Assembly (NCBI RefSeq): GCF_001194135.2
Contig: NC_068995.1
Location: 38,500,571 to 38,564,570, forward strand
DNA length: 64,000 bases
From: Octopus bimaculoides
Taxonomy: Eukaryota
Reading direction: 5' to 3'
The translations under genes were made by a program, and so were the position numbers. Every line of letters starts with the position of its first letter. Positions within the stretch are counted from its first letter, which is position 1. Below the pieces are notes generated by a model. It saw only the letters and a program-made list of their open reading frames with translations, was not told where the DNA came from and ran no database searches. This document shows, one piece after another, positions 1 through 14,190 of this stretch.

Positions 1-215
1 ACTCATTCCATCGTTATACAGGAAGAGTGATTTCAAGAGTATACTTTGCCTTCAATTATTTTGTATCTCATTCCATCGCCCATAACCAACGCATAAAAGT
101 ACTGCGGATTGAAACACAAACGCTATGACAGAACACTTTCACAGATTTTGCATATAAGCGGTAAAATATATACTGCAGAGGGAAAAATGTACGTGTGGGT
201 TCCTGTGTGAGCATA

Positions 216-1481
216 TATTGTGTCATCCCATAAATAATGCGGTTCTGTTAATTGTATGAACAAACAGTCGGAGGGGGTGGGATAAACTACCACCAGCATC
301 AAGTTGCTATAAAAGTTGGTAGTAATTTTACATTGATCTTATTCTTACAGCAAGTTTTAAAAAGTGCAATTCGATTTTAACAGTTTTTTTTTCAAACCTC
401 TAATGGATGTGACAAAGGAGCATATTCGGGATATTTTGCTTTATGAGTTCAATAAAGTCAACAACGCAACGGGAAGTGCAAGGAATATTAATGCCGTATA
501 TGGTGATCGGATAATAAGTATAAGCCAGTGTCAAAGGTGGTTCCAGAAATTCGGAGCCTGAAATGACATCCTAGAAGACGACCCCCGACCTAGAACGTCT
601 GTAGATCTCGACGAAGATGTCCTGCAAACTCTGGCGGAACGAAATCCCATCGTAGCTGGCAGATAAGCTTGGATTTAGTCATTCAACCATTCATCGACAC
701 CTGCGTACTATCGGAAAAGTAAGTAAATTGAGTCAATGGATTCCTCGCAAACTTTCCGAGCGTAAACGCGCGCAGAATGTGAATGTGTGCTCTTCTTTGC
801 TGTCGCGTCTCACGAATGAACCTTTTTGAACTGACTGGTGACGAGAAATGGGTTCTCTATAAAAATATCAAGCGCCGAAAACAGTGTGTAGGGAAAGGAG
901 AAACACCGGCACTCAAGGCTAAAGAATGTATTCAACTACGTAAGGTGTTGCTATAGGTTTGGTGGGATATGAAACGTTGAGTCCACTTTGAACTTTTAAA
1001 CCCAAACAAATCGATAACAAAGGAAATATACTGCCACACAGCTTCAGTGGTTTAATTCAGTGCTAGAAGAAAAACGGCCATCTTTTGTTTCAGGGTGTTC
1101 TTACATCAGGATAATCCTCGGTCGCATACAGCGAGGTTGATGCTCCAAAGGTTGGAGCAGTTTGAATGAGAAATGATGCTCCACCCACCATAATCGCCGG
1201 ACATTGCTCCATCTGATTATCATTCATTCTGCAGTCTTCGAAATGATTTGGAAGGAAAAATATGAACTCTGTAGATGTGGTCAGAACAGTACTGGAGGAA
1301 TATTTTTCGTCACAGACAAGTGAGTTTTGGAAGAGGGGTCTTGCAAGTGTATCAAATAGATGGAAGAGCATTGTAGAAAAGGAAGGAGAGTATATTTTAG
1401 ATTAAAAAAGAACTTTGTTGATCTTAATTTTCAAAAATAAAGAAGTATAAAAAAACACATTATTTATTGGATGAGCCAATA
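216..1481 (+). mobile_element. Full-length decayed mariner (DD34D) transposon; transposase pseudogene about 403-1405
   Basis: TIRs TATTGTGTCATCCCATAAATAATGCG at 216 and the imperfect reverse complement ending at 1481; length about 1.27 kb. Translation gives MDVTKEHIRDILLYEF, DEKWVLY, HQDNPRSH and SPDIAPSDYH. The Asp codons at 1110 and 1215 are 105 nt apart, i.e. D34D. Stops and frameshifts are present. Confidence 0.93.
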
Positions 1482-1509
1482 TTTATTGGAGCCATCATCA
1501 GTCAGTTTT

Positions 1510-1692
1510 CTGTCTCTCACATTCTCTCTCTTTCTTTCTCTCTCTCACTCTCTATCTCTGTCTTTATCTCACTGTGTATGTGTGTGTGCTGTGTGCGCGC
1601 GCGTGAATGTGTGTGAGTGCGTGTGTTTGTTCGTGTATGTGTGTGTGTGCGTTTGTGTGGCGGGTGTATGAGTGTTTGTGTGTATGTGTATG
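1510..1692. repeat. Compound (CT)n/(GT)n microsatellite
   Basis: Seen directly; explains the SLSL/CVCV ORFs at 1471-1738. Confidence 0.95.
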
Positions 1693-2847
1693 CGTGCTTG
1701 ATTAGTATCAAATATGAATGTATATTAATTTCAGACAAGTTTTAAACATGTAACCACGTGTGTCTCTTTTCCGCAACAGCTTAGCTTATTCTTTATTCCT
1801 GTCATGTTTATATTCTTGATACATATTAGATTGGTTCAGACATATGTATTCTATTGAATGAAACGCGATTCTACTGCTTTTTATATTCTATCACTCTCTC
1901 ATCTTACATTAGAATTCCATATAAACCGTAGAAGATGTACGTTTCTCTGTAACTAATAATTCTTTTACTTTGTCATTGCTAAGAATTGAGAAGCTTCACT
2001 TGTGTAAACTGTTTCTTCTTTAGCCTTTGGTCCAGATACTTATGTTCCGTCAATCAATGCAGGCTATATATAAAACCAGCAACAACTTTCAACTTGCTGA
2101 GATTTGAGCTTTATATGTTCCAGGTAATATCTTCTAATATACAATTAACATATTTATGTAACGTATTGTGAATGTTTATTTGAGATAGTTATTTGAAATA
2201 ATATTCCTTCTCAGTATTTAACGATAAGTATCTAGTATTAGCAGCCGTTGTTTGCTTAGAATTATTTCGAATCAAAACTGGTTTCAACTTTCATTATTGT
2301 TAGCTGAAAACGAGACTTCATCATATTCTGTTACCTTTCAATTTTTGTGATTTACTGGAGAATACAATTCATTTGAAGTATTTAAATAACCGAGGAAGTG
2401 AAACTACGTTGTAGATGTCATCATAAATAGCTGTAAATGGAGAACTGTTTCTTGATATGTCAGCTTAACAAACATCTTCATTTTCAATCGAATATTCGAG
2501 TAAATTTAAATTGTTCATTACAGAAAAAAATATTTGGGAAGGAAAGATTGACAAGAGCGCCAAGTGGTAAACATTCCTACTTCGTTGAATCGTTCATCAC
2601 TAGTCCATATGGTTGCTTTATGCACACACGCGCCGGCGCACACACACATACACATACGCAAACTAACGCACATGCGTGCGTATACAAGTATAGACGTATC
2701 TGTGCAATTATGAGGTTTGTGTCGCAACGCCAGGTTTTCATGTCAGTTCCATTGAGCCAGCTTCTCGTATATCTCTAGGCAAAGCAATACGGCGTCAGTG
2801 AATTTGGCTCAGAGAAACTCTCTCGAACACCCGTCATATATTTCTGT

Positions 2848-2854
2848 GTCCGTC

Positions 2855-2903
<49 letters not shown>
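2848..2903. repeat. (GT)n microsatellite
   Basis: Seen directly. Confidence 0.95.
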
Positions 2904-2906
<3 letters not shown>

Positions 2907-3208
2907 TCCCCGCTTGTCTAAGCTTGCATGTGCCTGTGCATGTGTACCAGTTACTGCATTTAAACCTACACCACATCACAGCCCCTGTTGGGTTTCCTAT
3001 ATCCCCATAATTAAGCACTCCGGTTTAAGGGACCGGCCCAGTAAGCTCGAAATATAGAAATATAACTATTGGAGTTCAGTTGTTCGACTAAACACTTCAA
3101 GCTGGTTACACATCATGGCTGCACTCGAATAACTGAAACTAGTTAGAATACATAAGTGTGCGTGTCCTAGGTATGAACATACATACAGGCATGTATATAT
3201 ATATATAC

Positions 3209-3242
<34 letters not shown>

Positions 3243-3649
3243 AGTCAAAATAAGTAGTTGGGTATCAAGTAGTGAGGCACTACGACCGTTTCAAGTGGCT
3301 CCATTTAATTGAACATTGCAATCATTACAATCATTACATCAAGTTAAAAGCAGTGCCATCTTCAACTGCACAGATAAATAAATAGAATTTTAACAAGTAG
3401 GACACATAAATATAATTTTTCTGTTATATTTTAACAGACCAAAAAGTTGGAAGAAATTCATGTTTCCTCTATTGTAGCTAAAAATAGACTACACTTCCAA
3501 GAATCGCATGAAACCTGTTCGGGGTTATAGTATTGTAAGGGATTGTAATTTATTTCTAATTCAATTATCTCTTTATCAACCACTAGGCAAATAAGTTATT
3601 TTTGTACTAAACATAAATACTCCAGGAACTTTTTGATACAACATCGTAC

Positions 3650-3765
3650 ATGTGTGTATGTGTGTATATATATATATATATACAAACATTTATACACATT
3701 TATACACATTTATACATACATACATATATACATGCATACATACATACATACATACATACATACAC
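3650..3765. repeat. (TA)n/(CATA)n microsatellite
   Basis: Seen directly. Confidence 0.9.
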
Positions 3766-4209
3766 TGGGATGACTGTTGTGTGCAAGTGTGTTTCCTCTT
3801 GCTCAGGTCATAAGGAAGTAGTTAGATTCATTTGAATCGCAGTACATAATCAAACACCGCACCATTCTTTCAGCTATCTGATTTGCTTATTCTGTTGTCA
3901 GTCAGAATACATAATTGCTGTTATATAAATTGCTGATTGTTGTAGAAAAACTGCTTGCTTAATATAATTCCCAAACACTTTCATGATGATTGAAATAATT
4001 CTTATTTCATCTTTTTATTTGTCTTAACGCTCCTATTCTCAGTTTGTTTACACACTTTCATGAAACATTGAAAACGTAAAACTGAAAGATTGATATTTCT
4101 TTCACAAACAAGTCTTTAATAATAATTTATGAGGTACACACAGAACAGAGTGAAACCAAATAAAAGCGAACCTATTTATTCTTAATGCGTTCCATTAGAT
4201 ATGAAATTT

Positions 4210-5916
4210 GTTCGTCATCGCAAAACGCTTTCTCCCTTTAGATGAAATGTGTTTATTATCATACTCGATTTCCTACTGGATGATATTGTATAACAAAACA
4301 AACCGATATACTTTTCAAAATGCTAACATTCAGAATGTATGCAAATCTGAGTTGCATGTATTCTTTGGTGGATTGTTTCTGTCTGCTCACTGTCCTGTAC
4401 CTAATAAAAAAGGTACTGGTCATCTGAAGACAATGTTCCAATAATGTTACAAAATAACATGAGGCGAAACAGATTTGAGAATATATTGAGAAATGTCCAT
4501 GTAGGTGATAACGCCAATGATTCAGGAGATGATTATGCATTCAGACTCAGGCCTCTACTTGACCACATACAAAAACATTTATGGAACCTGGTGGCTTGGG
4601 AGAACATCTCTTTGTGGACGAAAGTATGATTCAATATTATGGCAAGCACTATCCCAAACAATTTGTAAAAGAGAAACCAATTCGATTTGGTGTCAAAGCT
4701 TTGGCCCTTTGTTCTTAGCATGTATATATGCATGTTTGTGATGTCTACATTGGTAAGAAAGACGGTCTCAATAAAACTGAAAATGAATTTGGTCTAAGTG
4801 GGAACAGTGTCCTTGATCTCATTGATGCTGTAGGTCTACCAGGCAATAAAGGGTTCAAAATATTTTTTGATATCTACTTCACAAGTATTCAATTGATGGA
4901 GAAAAAGTTTTGAGAAAGGAATATCTGCATTGGGAACCTGCTGAGAAAATTGGACGGCTTGATGTCCTTTCATAACGAAAACTGAAATGAAAGCATGCCC
5001 CAGAGGAACAACTGACTTCAAGTTCACTTTAAATATAGTCGCTGTGAAATGGAAAGATAATAATGATGTTTTCCTGCTGTTAGACTTTGAAGCCTGTAAA
5101 GTGTCCACTGTTGAGTGCTATGATAGGCCTCAAAAGAAATAAGTTCCAATTCTACAGCCTGAAAGCTCCAAAATTAAAACAAATATATGGGATTTGATGA
5201 CCTTCTGGCTCGTAACATTGGTTCCTATAGGATTCGAATGCAGCAAAATAAATAGTGGTGGCCTATTTTTTTCATATTTTGCATCAGCGGCAACCCAAAA
5301 TGCGTGCATCTTGATGAATAGAGCAGGGCTAAAAATTACATTATACAATTTCAACGAAAACTTTTCTGTAACTCTATTGAAAATATATGACACTCCAACG
5401 TTTCAAAGAAAACGCTCATCTGCTCATTTGAAAGACAATGCAAGATATGATGGTGTTGAGCGTTAGATTGAATATATTCCCAATGAAAGGAGATGCAAAG
5501 AGCGCTTTGGGAAAAGTCATTTCATATATGAAAAATGTGATATAGGAGTTCATCCCAGATGATTCAAGAAGTATCATAATTAGTAAAGCTGTACAGTTTC
5601 ATTTAAAAGGGATATATTTTACTAAATAAATTCTCAGTTTTCATTGATATCATATTTATCTGAACGGGAATTATTTTCATAAGAAAGTTATGGCCAGATA
5701 TTATTATTAGCCTCTAAGTTGCACAGTTAACAAGTTTATTAACGATTCATGTGCACAGTGCCTAATGTCCGCTATAACTGACAGTGATTATTTCAGGAAA
5801 TATCAAACTGATTTCAATGAAATTTGTTTTCAGTTGTTATTTAGGTCAAAATAATAGTATCTGTGAATGTCCAGACAATTTCATTCACTAGAAAAAGTTT
5901 GGCACAAATGGGTTAA
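4210..5916 (+). mobile_element. piggyBac transposon remnant (5' end missing) with decayed DDD transposase
   Basis: Stitched frames give ELHVFFGGLFLS, YWSSED, NMRRNRFENILRNVH, RLRPLLDH, DESMIQYYGKHYPKQFVKEKPIRFG (Asp at 4617), FFDIYFTS, KWKDN, WWPIF and a degenerate C-terminal Cys-rich tail. The right end ...CACAAATGGG is followed by TTAA (5913-5916). No matching TTAA-CCC left end seen. Confidence 0.9.
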
Positions 5917-6199
5917 TTACAACCCATGAATTAACTATCAGAAAGGCACCAGCATGCATCAGCAAATAACTTGATTGCTTATTCCTATAAACAAAAGTCC
6001 ATGCTCCAGTCAGATTCATTAGTCATGTGAGGGTAGATGTGAATGAGCAGTACGATATTCAATGTCAAATATACCAGAACTTATCCAAAGTCAATGCCAG
6101 ATGCGTTCCAAGAGTATTCGACTTAGTTTATTAGCGCCAAAACTAATGCCGCTTTGAGAGAATCGTTTGGGTGCAAAGTGACACCACCCATTCTCCGCA

Positions 6200-6941
6200 T
6201 ACGATAAAATTTCCGCACCGGCAGGTTGCGTCAGTATCCGGCTATTACTCTTAGAGTACAGGCATGTAGTGCCCGGTCGTCGGATTTGTGTTTATTTCCG
6301 AGAGATTACCGAACTCATCGGCCAGATACCGCAAACCCATATCTCATGACCAGTGAGGATAGTCTTCATGTAGTCTGGGTTGTGGTTTGCCCAGTTCACC
6401 ATGACTTCAACGATTTCCATGCAGAGTTGCCTCTGCTGCACTGTGAGCAACATGGGGACGAATTTAGCCGAAACTCTCCGCCTGCACAATCATCCATTAG
6501 AATGGAATGCACTGATTTTCTGCATGTTCCCACTTCATGAACCGTTTCCTGGTTTGTTATGCGACGGTTTTCCATGATTGTTCACCGAGCATTCTCAATC
6601 TGCCATATTTGATGCAGTTGTGTCACTCCTTGATCCGACTTTGCCCATGACATCATCGCCAAACTACTGCTGCATTTCCTAGATGGTTTGAGCCTAATTA
6701 TCACCAAGCTTTTGGCAAAACTCAAGGCAATACCTCTACTCGATGTGTATTGTTATATAGCTGGAAAACGAAAATTCGACGTGCGCGTACTACACGTCTG
6801 TGTTCTAGGCGTACCAGCCGGGAAATTTTCATGCACGAACAGAAAGTATGGCGTCACCTTCCACCCAAAATATTTTGCCAGCGCGACATTATTCTTGGTG
6901 GGGAAAAAGAAATGTCGGATACTTTTTGAACGCACCTCGTA
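6200..6941 (-). mobile_element. Mariner 5' remnant (second family)
   Basis: Minus-strand TIR TACGAGGTGCGTTCAAAAAGTATCCG ends at 6941. Minus frames give EFCQKLGD and RRVSAKFVPMLLTVQQRQ...DYMKTILTGHEIWV, matching the mariner VP(R)LLT and TGDETW motifs. The 3' half is absent. Confidence 0.85.
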
Positions 6942-7709
6942 TGTTATAGTTTTTCCTATCTATCTCCAAAAATTAGAAAAATTGAAGTTATTTAAATTTA
7001 TTTTTGTATTTGTTGAGCTTTATTCAATTTGTGCATCATTACACCCGCATTATCCATAATATAAATCTTAAACTCGAATAGAAACGTATATCCACGTTGC
7101 TGATTTATGTATTTGCTACTTGTCTAATATGCTTAGAAATGACGAAATCATTTCTATTCTTTATTATCGTCTCGCAAGTAATATATTTGCTATAAAGATG
7201 TTTCTGAAAACCAAAAAGAATGTCGATTCAGTTGCTTGTAATTGTTTATACTCATTTGATCAAAGTCATATTACTTTTGGAAAACTAACACGCTCTTTAT
7301 GGTTATGTTTACAAACAATATTAATTTATAACATGTAGACAGTATTAAAAATAAGTTATTTTCAGTTCTTTAAATACATACAACAATTTAACAAGTTGAA
7401 GCTGGGATGTTAGTGGAACTGTCAAAACGAAATATGACATCGTGTATATAATAAATACTTACGCATTTTTAGAATCAACTCTATTGTGCATTGTAAGATT
7501 CTGTATATCATGTAAAATATATTCAAAATATGGATACAGATTATTAACAGAGAAGATTGTTTAGGTTTGTCATGACATGACGAAAGATTAATCGAACTGC
7601 ATTTGAAAAGTACGTGTTATATTAAAATTGCAATAGAGTTATCAGAAACAGACGTGAGTGCAATGTTATTCATATTGTAAAGCAGATAATTATGGAATAT
7701 GAATAGAAA

Positions 7710-7897
7710 TAAGGAAGCGGGTGTTGAAAAGTTATTGGCTTTAAGGATAACGCGAAAGGCCTCACTGAAGGCCCGAACTTCTGATTTACAGGGCTTAGAA
7801 ATACTGGACGACTGCAATAAGTGTATGAATCAATCTCAATTGATCCTCCCAAATGTTCTGATATCCAATGCCAGGGACTTTTCAGAACCGATCCGTA
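7710..7897. mobile_element. Mariner-derived MITE (about 190 bp)
   Basis: Imperfect TIRs GGGTGTTGAAAAGTTATTGGC and GCCAGGGACTTTTCAGAACCGATCCGTA. The TIR is of the same type as the right end of the mariner at 19238-20060. Confidence 0.65.
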
Positions 7898-8639
7898 TGT
7901 ATCCCTGTGTGGAAGTAGCCACCTATTTTTTAAACAAAATATCTTATAAGAGGAAATATTTTCTGTCACCAACATTTAATTAAAAAAGCGGTTAAAATTA
8001 TAGTAGTAACCACACAAGATTTAATTATCCCAAATCCCCTCGAATTACACAATGCTTCTATGCAGTTGATGAAATGATCTCTACTGAAGACTCCACAGTA
8101 TGTGTTTTTATAAAATTTGTTTTTATCTGTCATTACTAATGTTAAACTGTCAAGTAGATATAGCTTGGCGAGGGAGGAAGCTGCCATGATTTAGAAGGAC
8201 AGTATACACATATTGTAGGCAATGCTATTACGTATACATAATTCAAAGCAGAAATCATCAAATTCCTTCATTACTTCGATACATATTAATACTGAGTGAA
8301 GTTATACAATTAAGATCAGATTATATGCCATCGTGTTTTACATTTTCGGTGACTCAATTTCTAAAGGAAAAACAAATTAAGTACTGATGAAGATTAATTG
8401 TTGTAATTATTATAATTCGGTGAAAGGCCTTGAATTGGACAAAACGATTAGCGACATTTCTTATGCTTTTACTCTTTGTGCTCAAATGCCACCGCGTGGG
8501 ACTTTAAAATTCATGGCTTCAGATCCGATGAATTAAATACCAGCTGGGCACTATAGCCGATGAAATTGATATGGAAGCCTCACGAAATAAAAAAAATATC
8601 AGTTCCTGTGTCAATAATAGAAACATTTATTATAACACA

Positions 8640-8810
8640 ACTGCGGTAAGCTGGCAGAAACTGCACCGGAGAAAATGCTTAGCATAGTTTTTCCGCCTCT
8701 TCATTCTGAGTTCAAATGTAGCCGCAGTGAATTTCGAGTCCTCCTGCACGATAAAATAAATGCCACCTGAGCACTGGGGTCGATATCATTGCTTGTCTCT
8801 CACCACATCT
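8640..8810 (+). mobile_element. SINE copy (family with head GGCGGCGAGCTGGCAGAAAC), degenerate
   Basis: GCGGTAAGCTGGCAGAAAC...TCTGAGTTCAAAT...GATAAAATAAATGCCA...CACTGGGGTCGAT matches other copies in the window, e.g. 37255-37485. Confidence 0.75.
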
Positions 8811-9234
8811 TTACTTGATTTGTGCTCGAATCAGACAGAATTATATCATCAGCCTAAAAGTTAAGAACAAATGAAATCTAATAAAATAGAACATGCATAA
8901 ATGTAACATGGCTAATTCGCAATTTTACAACCTAAAGGCAAAAACATATGTCACTAAAGTGAACAAAACACTAAGCAGGACCAGTATTGCTAAAAATTTT
9001 ATAAGCTGAAAAGACAACATGAGTTTAACCCTAGGCTCGTTGAAAGTCATTGATGAGCGTTAAGATCCATTAAGCATCAGAACGCAAAATCATCGATGAT
9101 CTGGCTGTATCTGCGACCATAAGGAGTTTGTGTCGCTTGATATCTCATTAAGATAACGCTTTTGTTGGTTGTTGAGTTGTTTTGACCCTTATTTCTATCA
9201 ATACTGGTGATGATTAATGTCCTTGTTCACTTTA

Positions 9235-9274
<40 letters not shown>

Positions 9275-9569
9275 CGAAAGCAGTGGTCATTTGTGTCGGC
9301 TACACAATTTCATAATTGTTCATTGAAATACAGCATCCTGATATTAGGATTTACCTTAATTACACATTTAAAAATAGGCTTCTCTGTAATTAGCGTGAGG
9401 TCAGTGACATGTATTGCTTCTACTTTCAGTACAAGAGATGCTATCCAGGTTAAAGCAATGTGAATTACTCTCAAATACATATAAATATATGCCAGATGCC
9501 ACATAAAATATTTTCACGAGAATATATTTGTATCGATAGCATTTGGATTTGAAAAAACCTGCACGAATG

Positions 9570-9740
9570 CACATACACATATATACTAACAAGCACACGC
9601 ACTCACACACACATACACACAGGCACTCACACACAAATACACATAGACACACACAAACAGATACACACATACGCACACTCACACACTTCCAGGCACGCAC
9701 GCACACACATGCACACGCACGCATACACACACATACATCA
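9570..9740. repeat. Degenerate (CA)n microsatellite
   Basis: Seen directly; explains the HTHT/CVCV ORFs. Confidence 0.9.
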
Positions 9741-9864
9741 CTTGTCTTTGCTTGCGTGTTTTATTTTGTATTTTTCTCGTTTTCCTCGCAACTCACTTTC
9801 CAAAGAAAAAGTATTGATGTATATAAAAATGTTTTCAGCTTACCTACAAAGAGTACTGATCTCA

Positions 9865-10074
9865 AATGTTGGTACAAAGCCAGCAATTTCGGGGTCGGGG
9901 TAAGTAGATTACATCGACTACCAGTGTGAAATGGTACTTATTTTATTGACCCTGAAATGATGAAATTATATACAATTTCAGCGAAATTTGTATTTGAACT
10001 CAGAACATAAAGATGGACGAAATGTCACTATGCATTTTTCCCGGCATGATAATGGTTCTGCCAGTTCGCCACCT
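9865..10074 (-). mobile_element. SINE copy (same family as 37255-37485)
   Basis: TTACATCGAC...TGGTACTTATTTTATTGACCC...TTTGAACTCAGAAC...CTGCCAGTTCGCCACC is shared with the other copies. Confidence 0.8.
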
Positions 10075-10969
10075 GTGGAGAGAAAAACATAAAGGAAGTT
10101 TTGCGAAGAACGCTAAAAGGAAAGGGAGTTGCACTTTTGAGCTTGGAAAAAAAAACCAAACTCTAAGTAAAATTCACAAACAACTGACTACTTCAGAGGT
10201 AAATTCAAATAAAAAAATCAACATTACAGACTAGCTTCGTGGAAGGGGGAATGCTATTTTGACATACAAAAGTATATAAATATTGATAAATATGGATGAA
10301 AAGCAATTTAGAAAATATAAATCAATCGTGCACAAAAAATGGTTTAAACACCTATAAGAAGATTTGCAGAAAGAAAGATGATCAGTGTAAATATGTTGTC
10401 CGTAAATTTTTTTTAAAACAATGTGATCAGAGATCTATATGGAAATAATAGTCGTTAAGGAAATTGAGTAAATGAAATACATAAATGATTAAGCTGAAAC
10501 TTTGCAGGAAAATAAAAGGAAAGGAGGTTTAAAATTTTGTTAAAGTTCTTTAGAAAACAATAAATTATATAGAAAATGTCATTTTCCAGTAAGAAAAATC
10601 TTCAGAAAATGCGATGCTAAAATCAAATATTTCAAAATCAAAATTGATTTAGGACGAAATTAGATACATAATGTAATTAAATCCATATTAAAACAATGAA
10701 TATTCTGGGAATAGATTTATTATCCACGCTAAAACAATGATTATGAAGACAGTTTCTTTCTAGGCAACTGTGTTATCGGCAACATGATATAATTCCCTGT
10801 TGTTAATTGTATAAAAAGTAACTGTTAGATTTTAAATAATATATTTATTTTTCTTTGTTCATTTGCAATGCAGCAAAATTATTATAGACTCCATAGATTA
10901 TATATATGCTTGAATCTTTAATGGAAATACGGGTTAGAAATTATAGGAAGTGAATAGTACTATATTGTA

Positions 10970-11190
10970 GAGGCGCATAGCTTAGTGGTTAGCGTGTTGG
11001 ACTCGTGGTCGTAAGATTGTGGCTTTGATTCTTGAACCGAGCGATGCATTGTGATCTTGCGCAAAACACTTCATTTAATGTTGCTCAGCTAGTAAAAATG
11101 AGTGATCCTGTGACGGACCGGCTTATTGTCCAGTTGTGGGAATTTATACGTCATGGAACCCTTATGAATAGGCATAAAAGTTCTATATTG
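10970..11190 (+). mobile_element. tRNA-derived SINE, degenerate
   Basis: Head GAGGCGCATAGCTTAGTGGTTAGCGTGTTGGACTC with an A-box and a decayed B-box; similar to the head of 26514-26897. Confidence 0.75.
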
Positions 11191-12989
11191 CTCACAACAC
11201 TGTCACATATGTTACAGAGGTTCAATGTCTAAATGAATGTGATTTTATTTTAACTCAGTGTTTAAAGAGACGAAACAGAACATCTAATCAGATTTAGTAC
11301 AGCACTCTAACCGTTTATATCACTACTCTAATAATGGTGTTATTGATGATAATACTTTCTGTATAGTCACAATGCTTAATTTTTGGGGAGGAGAAGATTA
11401 GGTTACAACAACCTATGGTTCATTGGTGTTCTGTATTTGTCAACACACTAATATTTCAGAACATGAAAATAGGGACCCTCATCAACAGAGATACATGCAA
11501 CAACATTTTGATAATCAGTAAATGGCCCTCACCAAAACCACTCCACCACAAATAACATCATTTAAATTAACAAATGTAGACTACAAATCATAACGGTTAC
11601 TATTTCTAAACTCAAATTTAAGAGGAAGATGTCCAGCTTCAGAAGTCGTACGCAATTTAACACAGTTAATTTTTAACATATACTGTCTAATCGAATAGAA
11701 ATGCAATGAATCCACCCCCGTCATCACCTTAGTGTTGTCACAACCACCACTATTATGAAAAATGCAGCATAATCTGTTTCACTATATATCGGATGCTTGA
11801 CAGCTAAAAAATAATTCATTTTGATTAATTTCTAAATACCTCTTGCATAAAAATGTATGTCTTCAGTATAATATATTTTAATTGTTTCGGTTCTATTAGA
11901 ATCTTTTATATCAAACATCAAGTCGTTTATAAACTACGCATATTCGTGCGTTTTTAAAATGTTTGCTCATGGATAATGAGATATCAATAGCAATAACGAA
12001 AGAGTATAAAAATATGTAATAATGGCATTAGTGATAATAGTGGTGCATAAAACACCGCTACCAACAGTGACCAATACAACCTTTATACCAACAAATGTCT
12101 CCAACTTTCGCACTCACATTCTTTATCGCTATTTCTATCAATGCTGCCGTTATCATCATATTTGACTTCATTTAGAGCAGCTTTCGTTAGATAAAGAAGA
12201 AAAATAAAAACACAAAGCAGAAGGTAAAATACACGATATCAATTTTATATCCCTGTTGTTGTATGTCACTTATATTCTAACCCTTTCCTTCTTAGTTCAT
12301 TGGTATATCTAAAATCAAAATCGCTTTTATAATACTGTTGTATTAAAGAGGTGCCATTTACTCTCTCGGAGACCAGTATAATTCATTCCATTTCATCGAC
12401 GTTATTATCGGTTTCATCTCACTCCTTCCAGAAAAAAAATTTTTCTTGGATATTTTTTTCATTCTCTCCTTTATACATTGTGTTATTTTTGTCAGCTGCT
12501 ATTACTTAACTTGTCACTTGACAATGGGTTGGCGTTGCTGATTATTGCAATCTGACGATATATATCTTCTAACAATCACCTAGCCCTAGGTGTGCACTTT
12601 TATTGTTTCCCAAAGTATGATAGATTTAACTGATTGCTTTGGAAATCCCTCCTGGATGATGATTTTTTTCGTTCTCTGGCTGATATATTCATCTCACCAT
12701 TTTACCCTGCGTCACTAGCCTTTCTAGTTCGCCAAGACAAATAGTCTTCAAACTGTTTTCACTACGACATGAATACTGATAGGCGTTTAACCGTAATCAT
12801 TCAGCCTCATATTGTTTGCATTGGCGTACATTCTCAACTAAAGACATCTTCAGTATGTTGTTGTGATATTCAGTATTATTCATTTCTTCAAGTTAACAAT
12901 GAACACTCCTGGCGTGTTGACTTATGCCACTTCTACTCTCTTCGCTCTTTAATGCGACACAGATGTGATAACAAGTTACTGATGTTACG

Positions 12990-14190
12990 AATGTATTTGG
13001 TCGTCAGTTTTGTATTTCTGAAGGATCAAATCAAGACATTTTTCACTAACTTTCTTGATCATTCTTAGGGTGCCTACAGCAACAGGGATACATTTGAGTT
13101 TTAATTGTCATGCATTAGATATCTCAATCACAAAATCCATATATTTCGATTGTCTTTGAACTTCCTTCTCTGAGACTGTCATATCAAATATCAGGCATTT
13201 TTGTTTTGTCTCAGTCTTTGATGACGATGTCTGGTCCGTTCGAATTTACTTGCCTGTCTGTATGTGACACATAATCCCATAGGGTGGTAACATTCTTTAC
13301 TCAGTGCTTGAATGTGGACGGTGTTCATACCTGTTTTTAGGGTACAGAATAGCATAGTGACAGCATACATTCCAATGCAAATATTGGCCAAATCGATAAT
13401 GTATGGTTTTGCCTTCTGTAGGGACAAGGGCTGAGCAAGCGGCTGAATACTCTCCCCTTTGTATTTGCAGTGTCTATACTTTTTTATCTACCTCCTTGTG
13501 TGCGGAATTAGCTTGATAATTCCAAGTGAGGAGACTTTAATCTTGTGCTGCGAGGATGAACATTTCTGTTTTAGCTTTCAAGCCAGCACTCTGCTGCTAC
13601 TGATGATTTCTTTTCATATCTACACCACGTCCCCCAGCTCATTCGGGATATTGCCCATGCATTGGCTCTTCTTGCCACACTCTCGATATTACCCTTAAGC
13701 TTTTCTCTTTGGCTTTTGTTTTACACTTTTTGATGCCCTATTGGGTGGTGTCTGCTCCCTATTTTCATCCTAATCAGGCAAGTTAAGCTCTCGTCTGTAT
13801 TTATACGACACTTGTCCTATCGTAGTCGTTTGATAGGACGTTTCAATTTGAATTAGGCCCCTATTGCCTTTCTTTAGTGAGTGATAGAGCATGTGTACCT
13901 CTGATTTTGGGTAGTGCATCCTGTGTAGGGTTAGCAGCTCCCTTATCTTTATGTCCGTACGCTGGTTTTCACTCAGATTCTTGTTGATGACATAAGGTTA
14001 TATACTGCACTACTGGAACTGCCAGAGTATTATAACTGAAATTCTATTCTGGAAGTTAAGCTCAGTATTCAAGTCCATTCTGACACTTCAATAATTCTCA
14101 TTCCTGATGTTCTTTGTCATTGATCTGTTTTTTAAACTCTTTCCGTTTGTGTACTCCAAGATTGGCATCTATGTAATGAGAAAGGTAAAT
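12990..14190 (-). mobile_element. R4/Dong-like non-LTR retrotransposon, 3' part (RT C-terminus plus restriction-like endonuclease)
   Basis: Minus frames give LNTELNFQNRISVIITLAVPVVQY, LLTLHRMHYPKSEVHMLY..KKGNRGLIQIE, WQEEPMHGQY, GLKAKTEMFILAAQD, TLWDYVSHTDRQVNSNGPDIVIKD, CLIFD and IPVAVGTL. These are the recalled R4/Dong RT-tail and PD..D RLE motifs. Confidence 0.8.

Noticed and set aside
2024-2121. Possible plus-strand exon (TTTAG...CAG|GTAAT)
   Set aside because: No recognisable peptide; such splice-like motifs arise often by chance in AT-rich DNA.
7699-7983. 94-aa ORF MNRNKEAGVEKLL...
   Set aside because: It mostly overlaps a mariner-derived MITE; a chance ORF.
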